From a bacterium (GTDB lineage Bacteria > UBP15 > UBA6099 > DSWB01), in assembly GCA_020061125.1 (NCBI GenBank), contig JAGUYV010000086.1, forward strand, positions 1-58,362: a DNA stretch of 58,362 nt, in the 5' to 3' direction. Below the pieces are notes generated by a model, which was given only the letters and a program-made list of their open reading frames with translations, did no database searches and was not told the DNA's origin. Position 1 is the stretch's first letter. Every line of letters begins with the position of its first letter. The position numbers were made by a program, and so were the translations under genes. Below are positions 38,158-47,828 of this stretch, piece after piece.

Positions 38158-39267
38158 ATGAAGAGGCGGCTTGCGTCCTGGATGTTCGCGCTGGCGCTGA
38201 TTGCGTGCGGCGCAAAGTCCTGGGCCGCGCCCGTAGTCATTAAGAACCGGTGGGAGCGCCAGGCGCATCCGTCCGTGATGTATTACAACTATATGGCGTC
38301 CGTGGACGGGCAGCCCGTTCGCATACACATTGCGGAAATTGATCTTGCCGGACAGGTGCGGCTACAGCCCGTAATGGCCTGGGACCAGATGGACCGGCTC
38401 GAAACCGTGACCAGCATCGCAAAGCGGCACAAACCCATTGTGGCCATCAACGGCAGTTACTTCAACATGGACCCGCGCGACGCCTTCCCGGTCGGGTTTC
38501 TGATGCTCGACGGCCGCGTGGTGTATTTTTCGCACACGCACCGCAGCGCATTCGGGCTGACACGGGACAATGTGCCCCTGTTCGGATATCCGCGCACGCG
38601 CGGCTCGATTTATGTCGAAGACACGGGCGAATACTTTTACATAGACGGCATGAACCGCGAGCGCAGCGCCAACCAGGCCATCGTGTACACCATGGAATAC
38701 GGCAAGCGTACGGTCACGAAACGCTCACAACTGGAAATCGTGGTGGAGCGCGGCGTGGTGCGCGAGTTCGGCACAGGCAACATGCGCATTCCAACGGACG
38801 GGTTTGTGATCTCGCTTGCCGGGGACGCCATGAAGTACAAGCGCATGTTCCGCATGGGCGCGCCGGTGAAGCTGTACTTCGTAATCGAGGCGGAATGGCT
38901 GCGCGTGTTCAACTCGCTCACGGGCGGCCCCATGCTCATGCGCGGCGGCCGCATTGTGGTGCAGGAAACGCAGTCCGAACAATTCAAGCGCAGCATGCAC
39001 GCGCGCAACCCGCTCACGGCCGTGGCCAGCAAACCCAACGGCCATCTGCTGTTCGTGGTGGTGGACGGCCGCAGGCCCGGACACAGCGTGGGCTTGAGCT
39101 ATGTGGAATTGTCCGATTTTCTGCGCGGCATCGGCGCAAACAACGCCATCGCCATGGACGGCGGCGGGTCCAGCACCATGGTCATCAACGGCGAACTCGT
39201 GAACAAACCTTCGGACGGCTCTCCGCGCGGGGTCACCAACGCCCTGTGCGTGTTCCAGAGAAAGTGA
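38158..39267 (+). CDS. Phosphodiester glycosidase family protein (DUF2233-like), secreted
   Basis: Signal peptide MKRRLASWMFALALIACGAKSWA. INGSYFN and AIAMDGGGSSTM motifs typical of the family. Start moved to ATG 38158. Confidence 0.75.
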   Translation: MKRRLASWMFALALIACGAKSWAAPVVIKNRWERQAHPSVMYYNYMASVDGQPVRIHIAEIDLAGQVRLQPVMAWDQMDRLETVTSIAKRHKPIVAINGSYFNMDPRDAFPVGFLMLDGRVVYFSHTHRSAFGLTRDNVPLFGYPRTRGSIYVEDTGEYFYIDGMNRERSANQAIVYTMEYGKRTVTKRSQLEIVVERGVVREFGTGNMRIPTDGFVISLAGDAMKYKRMFRMGAPVKLYFVIEAEWLRVFNSLTGGPMLMRGGRIVVQETQSEQFKRSMHARNPLTAVASKPNGHLLFVVVDGRRPGHSVGLSYVELSDFLRGIGANNAIAMDGGGSSTMVINGELVNKPSDGSPRGVTNALCVFQRK

Positions 39268-39305
39268 CAGGTCCCGGCGCGAGCTGGGGAGGGAGGAATT
39301 CCAGC

Positions 39306-39653
39306 ATGGCAGACGACGACAAAAAAACACAGGACCCCCAACCGGCTCCAGCGCCGCCCAAGGAAGTGCGGGTGAACATGAGCGACGAGGTGCGGGACGG
39401 CAACTACGCCAATTTCGTGCGCATCCAGCACACGGCCATGGATTTCCGTCTGGATTTCGCCAAAGCCGTGCCCGACGAAAACATGCTCAATATGGTGGCG
39501 CGCCTGTTCATGAGTCCCATCCACACCAAAATGTTCCTCAAGGCGCTCGAAGACAACATCACGAAGTACGAAGCACAGTTCGGGACCATCGAGCTTACGC
39601 CCAACGCCCAGGCCGTGCCCCTGCACGGCGCGTCTTCCAGGGCCACGCATTGA
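39306..39653 (+). CDS. DUF3467-family small protein
   Basis: 115 aa. The GNYANFVRIQHTAMDFRLDFAK core resembles DUF3467. It is read from an internal ATG (39306) of ORF 38895..39653. Confidence 0.7.
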   Translation: MADDDKKTQDPQPAPAPPKEVRVNMSDEVRDGNYANFVRIQHTAMDFRLDFAKAVPDENMLNMVARLFMSPIHTKMFLKALEDNITKYEAQFGTIELTPNAQAVPLHGASSRATH

Positions 39654-39660
39654 TCCGCCG

Positions 39661-42009
39661 TCAGTGAAAATGGATCGCCAGATAGTAGTACATGGGATAA
39701 ACGCCGTAGGATTTATATTCACTCTTGGTCATGACAAATTCAAGCTGCATCCGGCCCGCATTGCGCAAATCTCTGACATACCGCAACTGCTCCAGCCTGG
39801 TTCCAAGAAATTCATCGTCCAGATCCCACACCGCAGTAAGCCATGAATCTCCGGGAAGGGCCATGACAAGCTGCGCGGTCTCGGATTGCAGGCGTCCCGG
39901 ATAGTCCCATGAGGATCCGGTGAACTCCGGCTCGAAAATGGCGTTGAGCCGCAGGGACCAACGCGAAGAACCGCGATAGCCGATGTATCCGTGCCAGTAT
40001 CCATAGCCGCTGCGAACATAGCGCGAGGCCAGGTAGTGAGCGCCCAGGGTGACTTTCTCCAATGGTGTCCAGGTCACGCCCGCGCGGCCCAGAGCCTGTT
40101 CGCGGCCGTTGGACTGCAAGGAATGGCGTTCGCTGTCCAGCAATCCGTCAGTGAACCGCAATTCGTCCCGGTCGCGGTAAGAGGAGTCGTACCGGAACTC
40201 GCCGCGGAAGTTGAACCAGGCGTTGCGGCCCAGCGCCAGAGGTTCGCCGTAGAACATTGCCGAAAAACTCTTATTCAGATCGCGCTCTTCGGTTTCATAG
40301 CCGCGAAGGCCGATGAATGAGTTCCGGTAGTCAAGCTCGACATCCTGAAGGGACCGGCTCCATGACAGACTCGCGGACACGGAAAGATATGCTGGAATGC
40401 CGCGGATCTTGAACGGCTCGAGAGCGATCGCAAGGTCAACATCGTGCATGCGGTATGTGCTGTTCATGGCGTAAGAGATATTGCTGCCGCTGCTCTCGCT
40501 TCCTGTGTGCATGCTTGAGAGCGACACTTCGCCAAGCAGCGGTCCGCGCTTGTGATTCACCCACGCGGACACCCGGTTCGTCCGGTAATTCGCATTGATG
40601 CTGTCGTAGTCGGTGACATTTGCGGTGTAGGTGAACCGCTGGATACTGCGGTTTTGAAAGGTGTAATAACTCGCGCTGCCGGAATAATAAAAGCCGTCAT
40701 CGTCATTGTCCGCGTAGAGTGACAATACATTAGGGCCGCGGATGTATTGCTTTTGGATGGAATATTGCCCGTAATGACCCGACCCAGGCCACTGGTTCGA
40801 CCAACCGTGCCGCTCGTAGGCGCGGATGTAGCCCTTTCCATGGACATTGCCGGCGTAAATGTATTCCGCGGAATCCTGGATCAAGCGATAGTCATAAGCC
40901 GGAGCCTCGTTCAACGATACAAAACGCGGAGTGAAACCTTTTTCGTAAAGGTTGCCGGTGCGCGTCGTGAAAACAGGCGCGGCGCCGGGCGAGCCGTCCG
41001 CGTTCGCGTATGTGACATTGTGGAATGTCAGCCCGCCGTTGTCCTGTGAAGCGGGAACCATAACCGCGCGTTGCGCCGTGATGCTCGCCTGCGGGGATGC
41101 ACCGTAAAACGGCACATCGTCAATGTTCGCGAGGCTCGTAACATTCGCCGCAGGCTCCAGAACGGCGCCCATGAAAAACTGCTTTTCAGAAGAGGTGTTC
41201 GGCCAATCCCAGTACTGGCCCATGCGCGCGGCGGAGAAAAGGAAAGTCTGCCCGTTCCTCACGGCGCGTCCCTCGAAGGTGCGCAGGTGCAGCAGAATGA
41301 GATCCGCGGGATAGTGAAAATCTTCCAGGAACCGTGTGTAGACGAACGCATTGCCCTGCGCGGCGAGAACGCCCCGGTTCAGGTCCATGCGGATTTCGTC
41401 CGCGCGCACGAACAGCCCGCCGTTGCTGTACAGCGCATTTTCAGCGCGCAGAATTTTCCTGCACCAGTCATATTCAATGGTGTCCGCATCCAGGATGAAA
41501 GAGATGTCTTTGACCAGGGGTGTGCGCGGGCACGCGGCCCCGGCTGATGGCGAAGGGATCGGATGCGCGGAAACAACGGGGGACGGCTGCGGATTTTCAT
41601 GCCCGGGTTCCGGCGGCGGTTCATTTTCGGGTTTGGGTTTCCTTGTGTCTGGCGCTTCCGGCTCGGGCGCAGGTTCAGGTTCCGCGGTCGGGGCAGGGGA
41701 GTCCTGCGCGATTGGGGCTGCGCGTTCCAGTTCCGGCGCGGGTTCGGCTTGCGGGGCCGGGACCGCCACCGAGTCTCCGGGTTTGAGGCCGGGCAGTTCA
41801 TAGATGCTGCCGGGTTTGGGCGCGGACTCGGGCAGGGCGAGGATGTCTGGAACGCGCTTTACGGAACCGTCGGGACGGCGCACATCGCCTGTTTCCGCTT
41901 CCAGGGAATAGGGCGACGCCACGGATTCTTCGGCTGCGGTGCAACGGCACACAAACACGCAAGCAAACAGAGCGAGAACCGCAGCCGATGTTCGCATGAA
42001 CTGTGACAT
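39661..42009 (-). CDS. Outer-membrane beta-barrel protein with Pro-rich spacer and OstA/LptD-like N-terminal region
   Basis: Signal peptide, then a P/E/A-rich tract of about 80 aa. A segment DADTIEYDWCRKILRAENALYSNGGLFVRADEIRMDLNRGVLAAQGNAFVY recalls OstA-like folds. About 550 aa of Y/S/N/G-rich alternating sequence follows. The LptD assignment is tentative. Confidence 0.55.
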   Translation of the reverse strand: MSQFMRTSAAVLALFACVFVCRCTAAEESVASPYSLEAETGDVRRPDGSVKRVPDILALPESAPKPGSIYELPGLKPGDSVAVPAPQAEPAPELERAAPIAQDSPAPTAEPEPAPEPEAPDTRKPKPENEPPPEPGHENPQPSPVVSAHPIPSPSAGAACPRTPLVKDISFILDADTIEYDWCRKILRAENALYSNGGLFVRADEIRMDLNRGVLAAQGNAFVYTRFLEDFHYPADLILLHLRTFEGRAVRNGQTFLFSAARMGQYWDWPNTSSEKQFFMGAVLEPAANVTSLANIDDVPFYGASPQASITAQRAVMVPASQDNGGLTFHNVTYANADGSPGAAPVFTTRTGNLYEKGFTPRFVSLNEAPAYDYRLIQDSAEYIYAGNVHGKGYIRAYERHGWSNQWPGSGHYGQYSIQKQYIRGPNVLSLYADNDDDGFYYSGSASYYTFQNRSIQRFTYTANVTDYDSINANYRTNRVSAWVNHKRGPLLGEVSLSSMHTGSESSGSNISYAMNSTYRMHDVDLAIALEPFKIRGIPAYLSVSASLSWSRSLQDVELDYRNSFIGLRGYETEERDLNKSFSAMFYGEPLALGRNAWFNFRGEFRYDSSYRDRDELRFTDGLLDSERHSLQSNGREQALGRAGVTWTPLEKVTLGAHYLASRYVRSGYGYWHGYIGYRGSSRWSLRLNAIFEPEFTGSSWDYPGRLQSETAQLVMALPGDSWLTAVWDLDDEFLGTRLEQLRYVRDLRNAGRMQLEFVMTKSEYKSYGVYPMYYYLAIHFH

Positions 42010-42045
42010 TAAGGATCAGTCCCGGTGTTGCTGTATGTCCGTTGA

Positions 42046-42489
42046 TTATACCACGGCAAGGGAACGGCCTTCCAGGGTTTCCATGCGGTCAATGAGTTTG
42101 CGCGGAAAATCAAGGCGGCGCTGTTCCCGGTAGTGGTAGAACACGCCGAGGCTTGTTCCCACGGCGACGACCTCGTGCCGGTTGAGGCTTACAATCTTGT
42201 ATTCCATTTTCATCTCGCTGCCCTGCAAGGCGACCGTGCGCACGCCCGTGAGCGCGGTGTCCGGGAAAAACAGGGGTTTGATGTACTTGCATTCCGTGTG
42301 GGCCAGGATGGGGCCGATGCCGCGGGTTTCGAGATCGTCGGTGATGCCGATGCGGATGCCGTATTCCACGCGCGCATTTTCAAAATAGCGAAAATAGATG
42401 ATGTTGTTCACATGCTGGAAAGCGTCCATGTGCCCCCAGTCCACCTGACAGGGAACCACCACGGAAAAATCCTGAAGCAATTCGTGCAT
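42046..42489 (-). CDS. Acyl-CoA thioesterase, 4HBT/YbgC-like hotdog fold
   Basis: 147 aa. VDWGHMDAFQHVNNIIYFRYFENAR, typical of YbgC/FcoT-like thioesterases. Confidence 0.85.
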   Translation of the reverse strand: MHELLQDFSVVVPCQVDWGHMDAFQHVNNIIYFRYFENARVEYGIRIGITDDLETRGIGPILAHTECKYIKPLFFPDTALTGVRTVALQGSEMKMEYKIVSLNRHEVVAVGTSLGVFYHYREQRRLDFPRKLIDRMETLEGRSLAVV

Positions 42490-42531
42490 GTTTCCAAAGC
42501 CTCCCAGAGAATGTGCCCGTGGCGGCCCGTG

Positions 42532-43122
42532 TCACAGGGCCGAGGGCAGAAACAGGAGCACGCGCCAGCGGTCATCCACAAGACCCGCGAGCACATGGTG
42601 AGAAATCATGGTCTCCCCCTGACGGTCCATATTGATGGTCATGCGCAGGATGCCGCAGCCCTGGACGCCCAGCGCATCGTGCGCGTCCTGCATGGTCTGC
42701 TCCGTCAGATCTTCGTCGCGCAGGCCCGCGGCTATGGTCGCGAAGGATTCGCCGCAGCTCGCGATTTGCGCGCTGTGCACTTTGCAGTATTTCATGGCCA
42801 GATCATGGGAAGAAGCGGAGAAACGCTGCGCGTCCGCGATGTGTGCGGGATCACCGCCCTGCATGGCGTAGAAGAAAATCTCGGAATCCTGAACCAGCGC
42901 CGGGTACCATGTCTCGGGTCCGCAGATGTCGCGCGCCAGGTCGTCAATGGTGTCCGCACCCTGGTAAGCAGGCGCGCCCTGGAAAGATTCCGGCGCAAGG
43001 AATGTTTTGCGCTGTGCATCGCGGTCCGCGAGCATGGCGCGCCGAAGCGACAGCGCGCCGAACAGGGCCGCAGCCGTAACAAGCGCCAGAATCAGCAGGG
43101 ATTTGGGATCCGCCTTGCCCAT
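42532..43122 (-). CDS. Hypothetical membrane-anchored protein
   Basis: 196 aa with one N-terminal helix (LLILALVTAAALFGALSL). I recognise no motif. Same strand and tight spacing as its neighbours. Its ATG directly abuts the U tract of the upstream terminator, so the start, or the reality of the gene, is uncertain. Confidence 0.5.
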   Translation of the reverse strand: MGKADPKSLLILALVTAAALFGALSLRRAMLADRDAQRKTFLAPESFQGAPAYQGADTIDDLARDICGPETWYPALVQDSEIFFYAMQGGDPAHIADAQRFSASSHDLAMKYCKVHSAQIASCGESFATIAAGLRDEDLTEQTMQDAHDALGVQGCGILRMTINMDRQGETMISHHVLAGLVDDRWRVLLFLPSAL

Positions 43123-43159
43123 AAAAACCGGCGTCCCCGCATCATGGCGCGAGGACGCC
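43123..43159 (-). terminator. Rho-independent terminator after the NfeD/SPFH pair
   Basis: The minus-strand stem pairs GGCGTCCTCGC with GCGGGGACGCC (43130-40 with 43149-59; 11 bp including one G-U) around an 8-nt loop. It is followed by GG and a 5-nt U tract (complement of 43123-27). Confidence 0.65.
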
Positions 43160-43194
43160 GCCTTTCATCCAATCGTTGCCGTCATGGTCCCCGG

Positions 43195-43953
43195 TTACTT
43201 CTTCATAAAATGTGTGATCAGGTCTATGGGAATCGGGAACAGGGTTGTGGAATTGTTGCTGGCGGCCACTTCCACAAGTGTCTGAAGGTAGCGAAGCTGC
43301 ATGGCCATGGGGTTCTGCGCGATTATCGCCGCAGCTTCGGACAGTTTCTGTGAGGCCTGGAGTTCGCCTTCCGCGGCGATGATCTTGGCGCGGCGCTCGC
43401 GTTCGGCCTCGGCCTGGCGGGCCATGGCGCGCTGCATGCTCTCGGGAAGTTCCGCGTCCTTGACCTCGACTGTGGAAACCTTGATGCCCCAGGGATCCGT
43501 GTGGTCGTCCACGATGGACTGTAGCTTCTGGTTGATTTTTTCGCGGTGGCTCAAAAGCTCGTCGAGTTCGCTCTGGCCCAGAACGCTGCGCAGAGTGGTC
43601 TGCGCGATTTGGGAGGTGGCGGAGATGTAATTTTCGACCGCAACGATGGCTTTTTCGGGGTCCACCACGCGGAAGTACACAACGGCGTTGACTTTGACCG
43701 GCACATTGTCGCGGGTGATGATTTCCTGCGTGGGCACATCCATGGTGATGGTGCGGATGTCCACCTTCACCATCTTGTCAATAAACGGGATCAGAATGAT
43801 GAGGCCCGGGCCGTTTTTACCGATTACGGCCTTGCTCATACGCCCAAGGCGGAAAACAATGGCGCGTTCATACTCGTTCAGCACCTTGATGGAGCCGCCC
43901 AGCACCACAAGAACGATGATGATGGGAACAATCAGTCTCATGATTTCATCCAT
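43195..43953 (-). CDS. SPFH/band-7 (stomatin-like) protein
   Basis: An N-terminal helix followed by [12 protein letters not shown]...[20 protein letters not shown]...[12 protein letters not shown]. Confidence 0.9.
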   Translation of the reverse strand: MDEIMRLIVPIIIVLVVLGGSIKVLNEYERAIVFRLGRMSKAVIGKNGPGLIILIPFIDKMVKVDIRTITMDVPTQEIITRDNVPVKVNAVVYFRVVDPEKAIVAVENYISATSQIAQTTLRSVLGQSELDELLSHREKINQKLQSIVDDHTDPWGIKVSTVEVKDAELPESMQRAMARQAEAERERRAKIIAAEGELQASQKLSEAAAIIAQNPMAMQLRYLQTLVEVAASNNSTTLFPIPIDLITHFMKK

Positions 43954-45256
43954 TTGGAATGCCTCCTTGATTGATGGGTTTGACTATGAGTTCCATGCCC
44001 TCGAGGGCAACGACTTCCACGCTTGCGTTCTGTTCTATCACGGCACCGTCCTGGGATCGTGCGTTCCAGAGTTCGCCGTGAACGAACACCGTGCCTTCGG
44101 GGGCGAGGGGCGTGCGGGTCTTGCCGCGCAGACCGATCATGCCTTCGCCGCCCGTGGAGACTTTGCTGCGCAGGCTTTTAATCACATAGGCCAGAGCGAT
44201 GACAATAAAAACGAATGTAACGCCCGTCACGCCCGCTATGAGCCAGGGATCGATTCTCATGACTGCCTCTCCGCTATTGTACATGAACAGGGATCCGATA
44301 ACAAAGAGAGCGAGGCCGCCGATGGACAGCAGCCCGTGGCTCACGATGAAGATCTCCGCGATGAACAGCGCCACGCCGCCCACGATAAGCATGATGCCAA
44401 GATAATTTACGGGCAATACAGAAAACGCCACGAACGCCGTGACCAGGCATATCACGCCAATGACGCCGGAGATGAAAGTGCCCGGATGCGTGACTTCAAA
44501 AATCAGCGCGTACAGGCCCACGATGAAAAGAATGTACGCGATGTTGGGATGCCCGATCTTGTGCAGAAATGACTCGCGAAGGTTCATGCGCAGGCGTTTC
44601 ACCGTTGCTCCGCGGGTCTTCACGGTGACCGTGTTTTTGCCTTTTTTGAATTTCATGCCGTGCGCTTTTTCGAGCACGGATTTGATGTCCGGCGCCACGA
44701 TTTCAATGACATTGGACGACAGGGCGTCCTGGGCTGTGATGGACTCGCTTTTGCGGATGGCTTTTTCCGCGAACTCGAAATTGCGGCCCCGGCGCTCGGT
44801 GAGGGTCTTCATATAGGACACGGAGAAGTTTGTGACCTTCTCGCTCATGGTCTTGTCCATCTGTTCGCCCTGTCCCGACACCGGATGCGCGCTGCCCGTG
44901 CTGGTGTCCGGGGCCATGGCGGCCACATCCGAACACATGAGCAGAAAGAAACCCGCAGAGGTGGCGGTCGCGCCGTTCGGGTGCACAAACACAATGACCG
45001 GCATCGAGGAATTCTGCCACATGGTGCAGATGTTCTTGGTGGTTTCGAGAAGGCCGCCGGGCGTGTCCACGGTTACAAGCAGAGCGCGCGCGCCGGAATT
45101 TTCCGCGGTGAGCAGGCCGCGCTGCACGAAATCCTGCACGCCCTGGCCGATCACGCCGGTCACATCCACGCGCACCACGATATTGTCCGCGCGGGCGTCG
45201 TGAACCCACAGCGCCAGCAATGCCAGCAATAAGACTGCAATTCTCTGAATGCGCAT
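43946..45256 (-). CDS. NfeD-family membrane-bound serine protease
   Basis: ClpP-like N-terminal domain (TPGGLLETT..., [11 protein letters not shown]), four transmembrane helices and a C-terminal OB-like NfeD domain. It overlaps the SPFH start by 8 nt. ATG 45254-45256 is preferred over the ORF-track GTG at 45265. Confidence 0.85.
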   Translation of the reverse strand: MRIQRIAVLLLALLALWVHDARADNIVVRVDVTGVIGQGVQDFVQRGLLTAENSGARALLVTVDTPGGLLETTKNICTMWQNSSMPVIVFVHPNGATATSAGFFLLMCSDVAAMAPDTSTGSAHPVSGQGEQMDKTMSEKVTNFSVSYMKTLTERRGRNFEFAEKAIRKSESITAQDALSSNVIEIVAPDIKSVLEKAHGMKFKKGKNTVTVKTRGATVKRLRMNLRESFLHKIGHPNIAYILFIVGLYALIFEVTHPGTFISGVIGVICLVTAFVAFSVLPVNYLGIMLIVGGVALFIAEIFIVSHGLLSIGGLALFVIGSLFMYNSGEAVMRIDPWLIAGVTGVTFVFIVIALAYVIKSLRSKVSTGGEGMIGLRGKTRTPLAPEGTVFVHGELWNARSQDGAVIEQNASVEVVALEGMELIVKPINQGGIPNG

Positions 45257-45275
45257 TGTTCTCACAAGGGTTCGT

Positions 45276-47828
45276 TTAATTGCCGGCGGGCCGGCGGCCA
45301 GTGTCCATGTCCGGCGAGAACCCGTCCCGCAGGAAGTCCTCGTCGTAATACGGGTAATAGTTCTGGTCCGGGAACGCGCGGTACCACCGGGAGTCGTCGC
45401 GCTGGTATCCGGGCGTGAATCCGCGCCAGTCCGGCCTGTTGTAATACCAGCCGGGGATGTCCTGGTAATGCTTGGGATATTTGTAGTACCAGCCGGATTC
45501 GTACTTGTACCAGTCCTTGTGCCACTGCTGGCCGAATTCCATGATGAGGCGGCGCTGGATTTGCGGGAATGTCATGGCCACATACTCTGTGGGGCGCGCG
45601 ACGACCAGGTGGTTCCAGGAGGGTTCGTACTGGCCGTCGAAGTATAGGGCGCGGCTGAATTCGTACTGGGCTTCCATGTCCGCGGGCATGGTGAGCACGG
45701 CGCGCTGGTAGTGCTCGATAGCGTCCTTGATGAGGCCCTTGCGCGTGTAGAGGATGCCGAGATCGCGCGCCGCGGGTTCGAAATCGGGCTGGAAGGTGAG
45801 GGCGGTCTTGTAATGCTCGACTGCGCCTCGCAGGTCGTCGTAAGTTTCGTAAGTGCGCGCGAGCATGTAGTGCGCCATCACGAATTCCGGGCGCAGGCGG
45901 ATTGCGCGCTGAAACGCGCGGATGGCCAGATCGCGCTTGCCGTCAATGAGCGTGGCCACGCCTGCAAAATAATAGATATCCGCGGATTCGGGCGCGCGGT
46001 CTATGGCTTTCTCGAACTCGCGCAGCGCCCACGCGCCCTGCTTGTTGTTCATGAAGATCAGGCCCCAGCGCGCGTAGTACCGGGCCTTCTGCGGAATGTC
46101 CAGTTCGTTGAATCCCAGGCGCGGCGGTTGGTCGTCGGGAATCTTTTCCACCCAGTCGCCGAGCTGCGCCAGTTCCACGAATGTCCCCTGCCTGTCTATG
46201 CGGTCCGTGATGAAATATGCGTCCCAGATGCGGAACCAGAACAGGCTGTTGGCAACGCAGTAAGCGGTGAGGAACTCTTCGAGGGTCGGGCCTCCGTTGA
46301 GCACGCCCGCGGTGCGCACGCCTTCGCCGCCCTTGGCCGCATCCTTGATGCGCCACACCACGCTTTCCTTGAACGACAGGTAATGCCAGTTGTTGAAATA
46401 ATTCATCACATCCCAGACTTTGACCGGGTCGAAGGAAACCGGGTCCAGGACATAAGCCGACATGTCGGGTTTCTGATCCGGGCGCAGATAATAGAACGCG
46501 CTGTTCTGCGCCAGCCATTCAAAGCCCTGTTCGCTCAACAGCACATAAAACGCGTCGGTTTCCACCCACCGGAAATGGAGCTGGTTGGCGAACAGATCCA
46601 GAAGGTTCTCCACAAATTTTTCGTCCGCGCTGTAGTTGATGGCGCGATCCTGGTTCTCCCATTCGCGGTAGAGACGGTAATCAATCACGCAGCCGCGGCC
46701 GCTGTATCTTGAAATGACCTCGCACAAATCTTTGACCGGCACCTGCTGAATATTTACGGACTGGACGAATGAGGACTCGCGCGTGAGGTGGATGTCGAAA
46801 ACGAACGAGAACCGGCGCTCGTCGTCGGCCATGTCGAAGGTGTAGATCTGGTTGTCCAGGGCGTCGTAGCTTGCGTAACCGTCGGAGAACCCGGAAAACG
46901 GCTCGGAGCTTTTCGGCTCCTTGTGAAGCCGGATGGTCACAAGCACATAGGAGCGTTTGGCCGGATCGTCCTGGTCCTGTTCCCAGTGCAAGAGAATTTC
47001 CTTGATGCCGCCGCGCCACACGGGGATGACTTCGCGCGTGGGCGTGTACCCGGGAAGATATGCGCGCAGACTCACGGAAGGCGGGTCCACGCGCTCCACG
47101 ATTTTGTACTGGAAAGGCTCGGGCGCGATGATGTCCACCCGCAGGCGCACATCGGTCTGCTGGATGATGCGCAATTTGACCTTACCCGCCGGAGACGAGG
47201 CGATGGTGAAGGTCTGGTAGCGCATTTGCTCTTCCTCGGGGTGCATCTTGAGGCGGCGGATCCAGGCCTCGACCTCGGGGCGGTCATCCGAGAAGGGCTT
47301 GAGGAAAAGGTACTGGGTGTAACTTTCGATAGCCAGGGCGTTCTGCCCCGTCATTTCGTAACAGATGCCAAGGTTATAGTGAGCGATTGCGGCCAGCGGG
47401 TCTATCTTGAGGATTTCCTGGTAAACATTGGCGGCCTGCACGAAGTCCTTTTGCTCGAAGAACTCGCGGGCCTGGTCCACAAGCTGCTCGAAAGTGACTT
47501 CCTCGATTTGCGCCACTCCCTGCTGTTCGCCGCGTTCCTTGATACATGTTTCATAGCAGTTTTCGCGGTAATCGTACTGGCATTTGTTCTTGCAGTAGAG
47601 CTTGATCTGTGAGATTTTTGCATCGGTCTTTTCGGTGTCGGTCTGCGCGCGCGCGGGCGTCTGCACGACGCAGCATGCGGCGGCCAGGAAAAACAGTAAC
47701 AGACAAAGGGCTGGCGATATGCGTGGCGCGCGATGGGAACGGTCCTGTTTTGTCACAGAAGGGTTTTTACCTTTTTTGGATAAATATGTCAAATAGTCAG
47801 CCGTTTGAATGCGCGCCCGATGTGTCAT
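45276..47828 (-). CDS. TPR-repeat protein with a central STN-like segment and a Trp/Tyr-rich C-terminal tail
   Basis: Multiple TPR units (AIAHYNLGICYEMTGQNALAIESY, VMAHYMLARTYETYDDLRGAVEHYKTAL and others). A signal/anchor segment LCLLLFFLAAACCVV. Its ATG overlaps the upstream stop (ATGA at 47825-47828). Confidence 0.8.
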   Translation of the reverse strand: MTHRARIQTADYLTYLSKKGKNPSVTKQDRSHRAPRISPALCLLLFFLAAACCVVQTPARAQTDTEKTDAKISQIKLYCKNKCQYDYRENCYETCIKERGEQQGVAQIEEVTFEQLVDQAREFFEQKDFVQAANVYQEILKIDPLAAIAHYNLGICYEMTGQNALAIESYTQYLFLKPFSDDRPEVEAWIRRLKMHPEEEQMRYQTFTIASSPAGKVKLRIIQQTDVRLRVDIIAPEPFQYKIVERVDPPSVSLRAYLPGYTPTREVIPVWRGGIKEILLHWEQDQDDPAKRSYVLVTIRLHKEPKSSEPFSGFSDGYASYDALDNQIYTFDMADDERRFSFVFDIHLTRESSFVQSVNIQQVPVKDLCEVISRYSGRGCVIDYRLYREWENQDRAINYSADEKFVENLLDLFANQLHFRWVETDAFYVLLSEQGFEWLAQNSAFYYLRPDQKPDMSAYVLDPVSFDPVKVWDVMNYFNNWHYLSFKESVVWRIKDAAKGGEGVRTAGVLNGGPTLEEFLTAYCVANSLFWFRIWDAYFITDRIDRQGTFVELAQLGDWVEKIPDDQPPRLGFNELDIPQKARYYARWGLIFMNNKQGAWALREFEKAIDRAPESADIYYFAGVATLIDGKRDLAIRAFQRAIRLRPEFVMAHYMLARTYETYDDLRGAVEHYKTALTFQPDFEPAARDLGILYTRKGLIKDAIEHYQRAVLTMPADMEAQYEFSRALYFDGQYEPSWNHLVVARPTEYVAMTFPQIQRRLIMEFGQQWHKDWYKYESGWYYKYPKHYQDIPGWYYNRPDWRGFTPGYQRDDSRWYRAFPDQNYYPYYDEDFLRDGFSPDMDTGRRPAGN

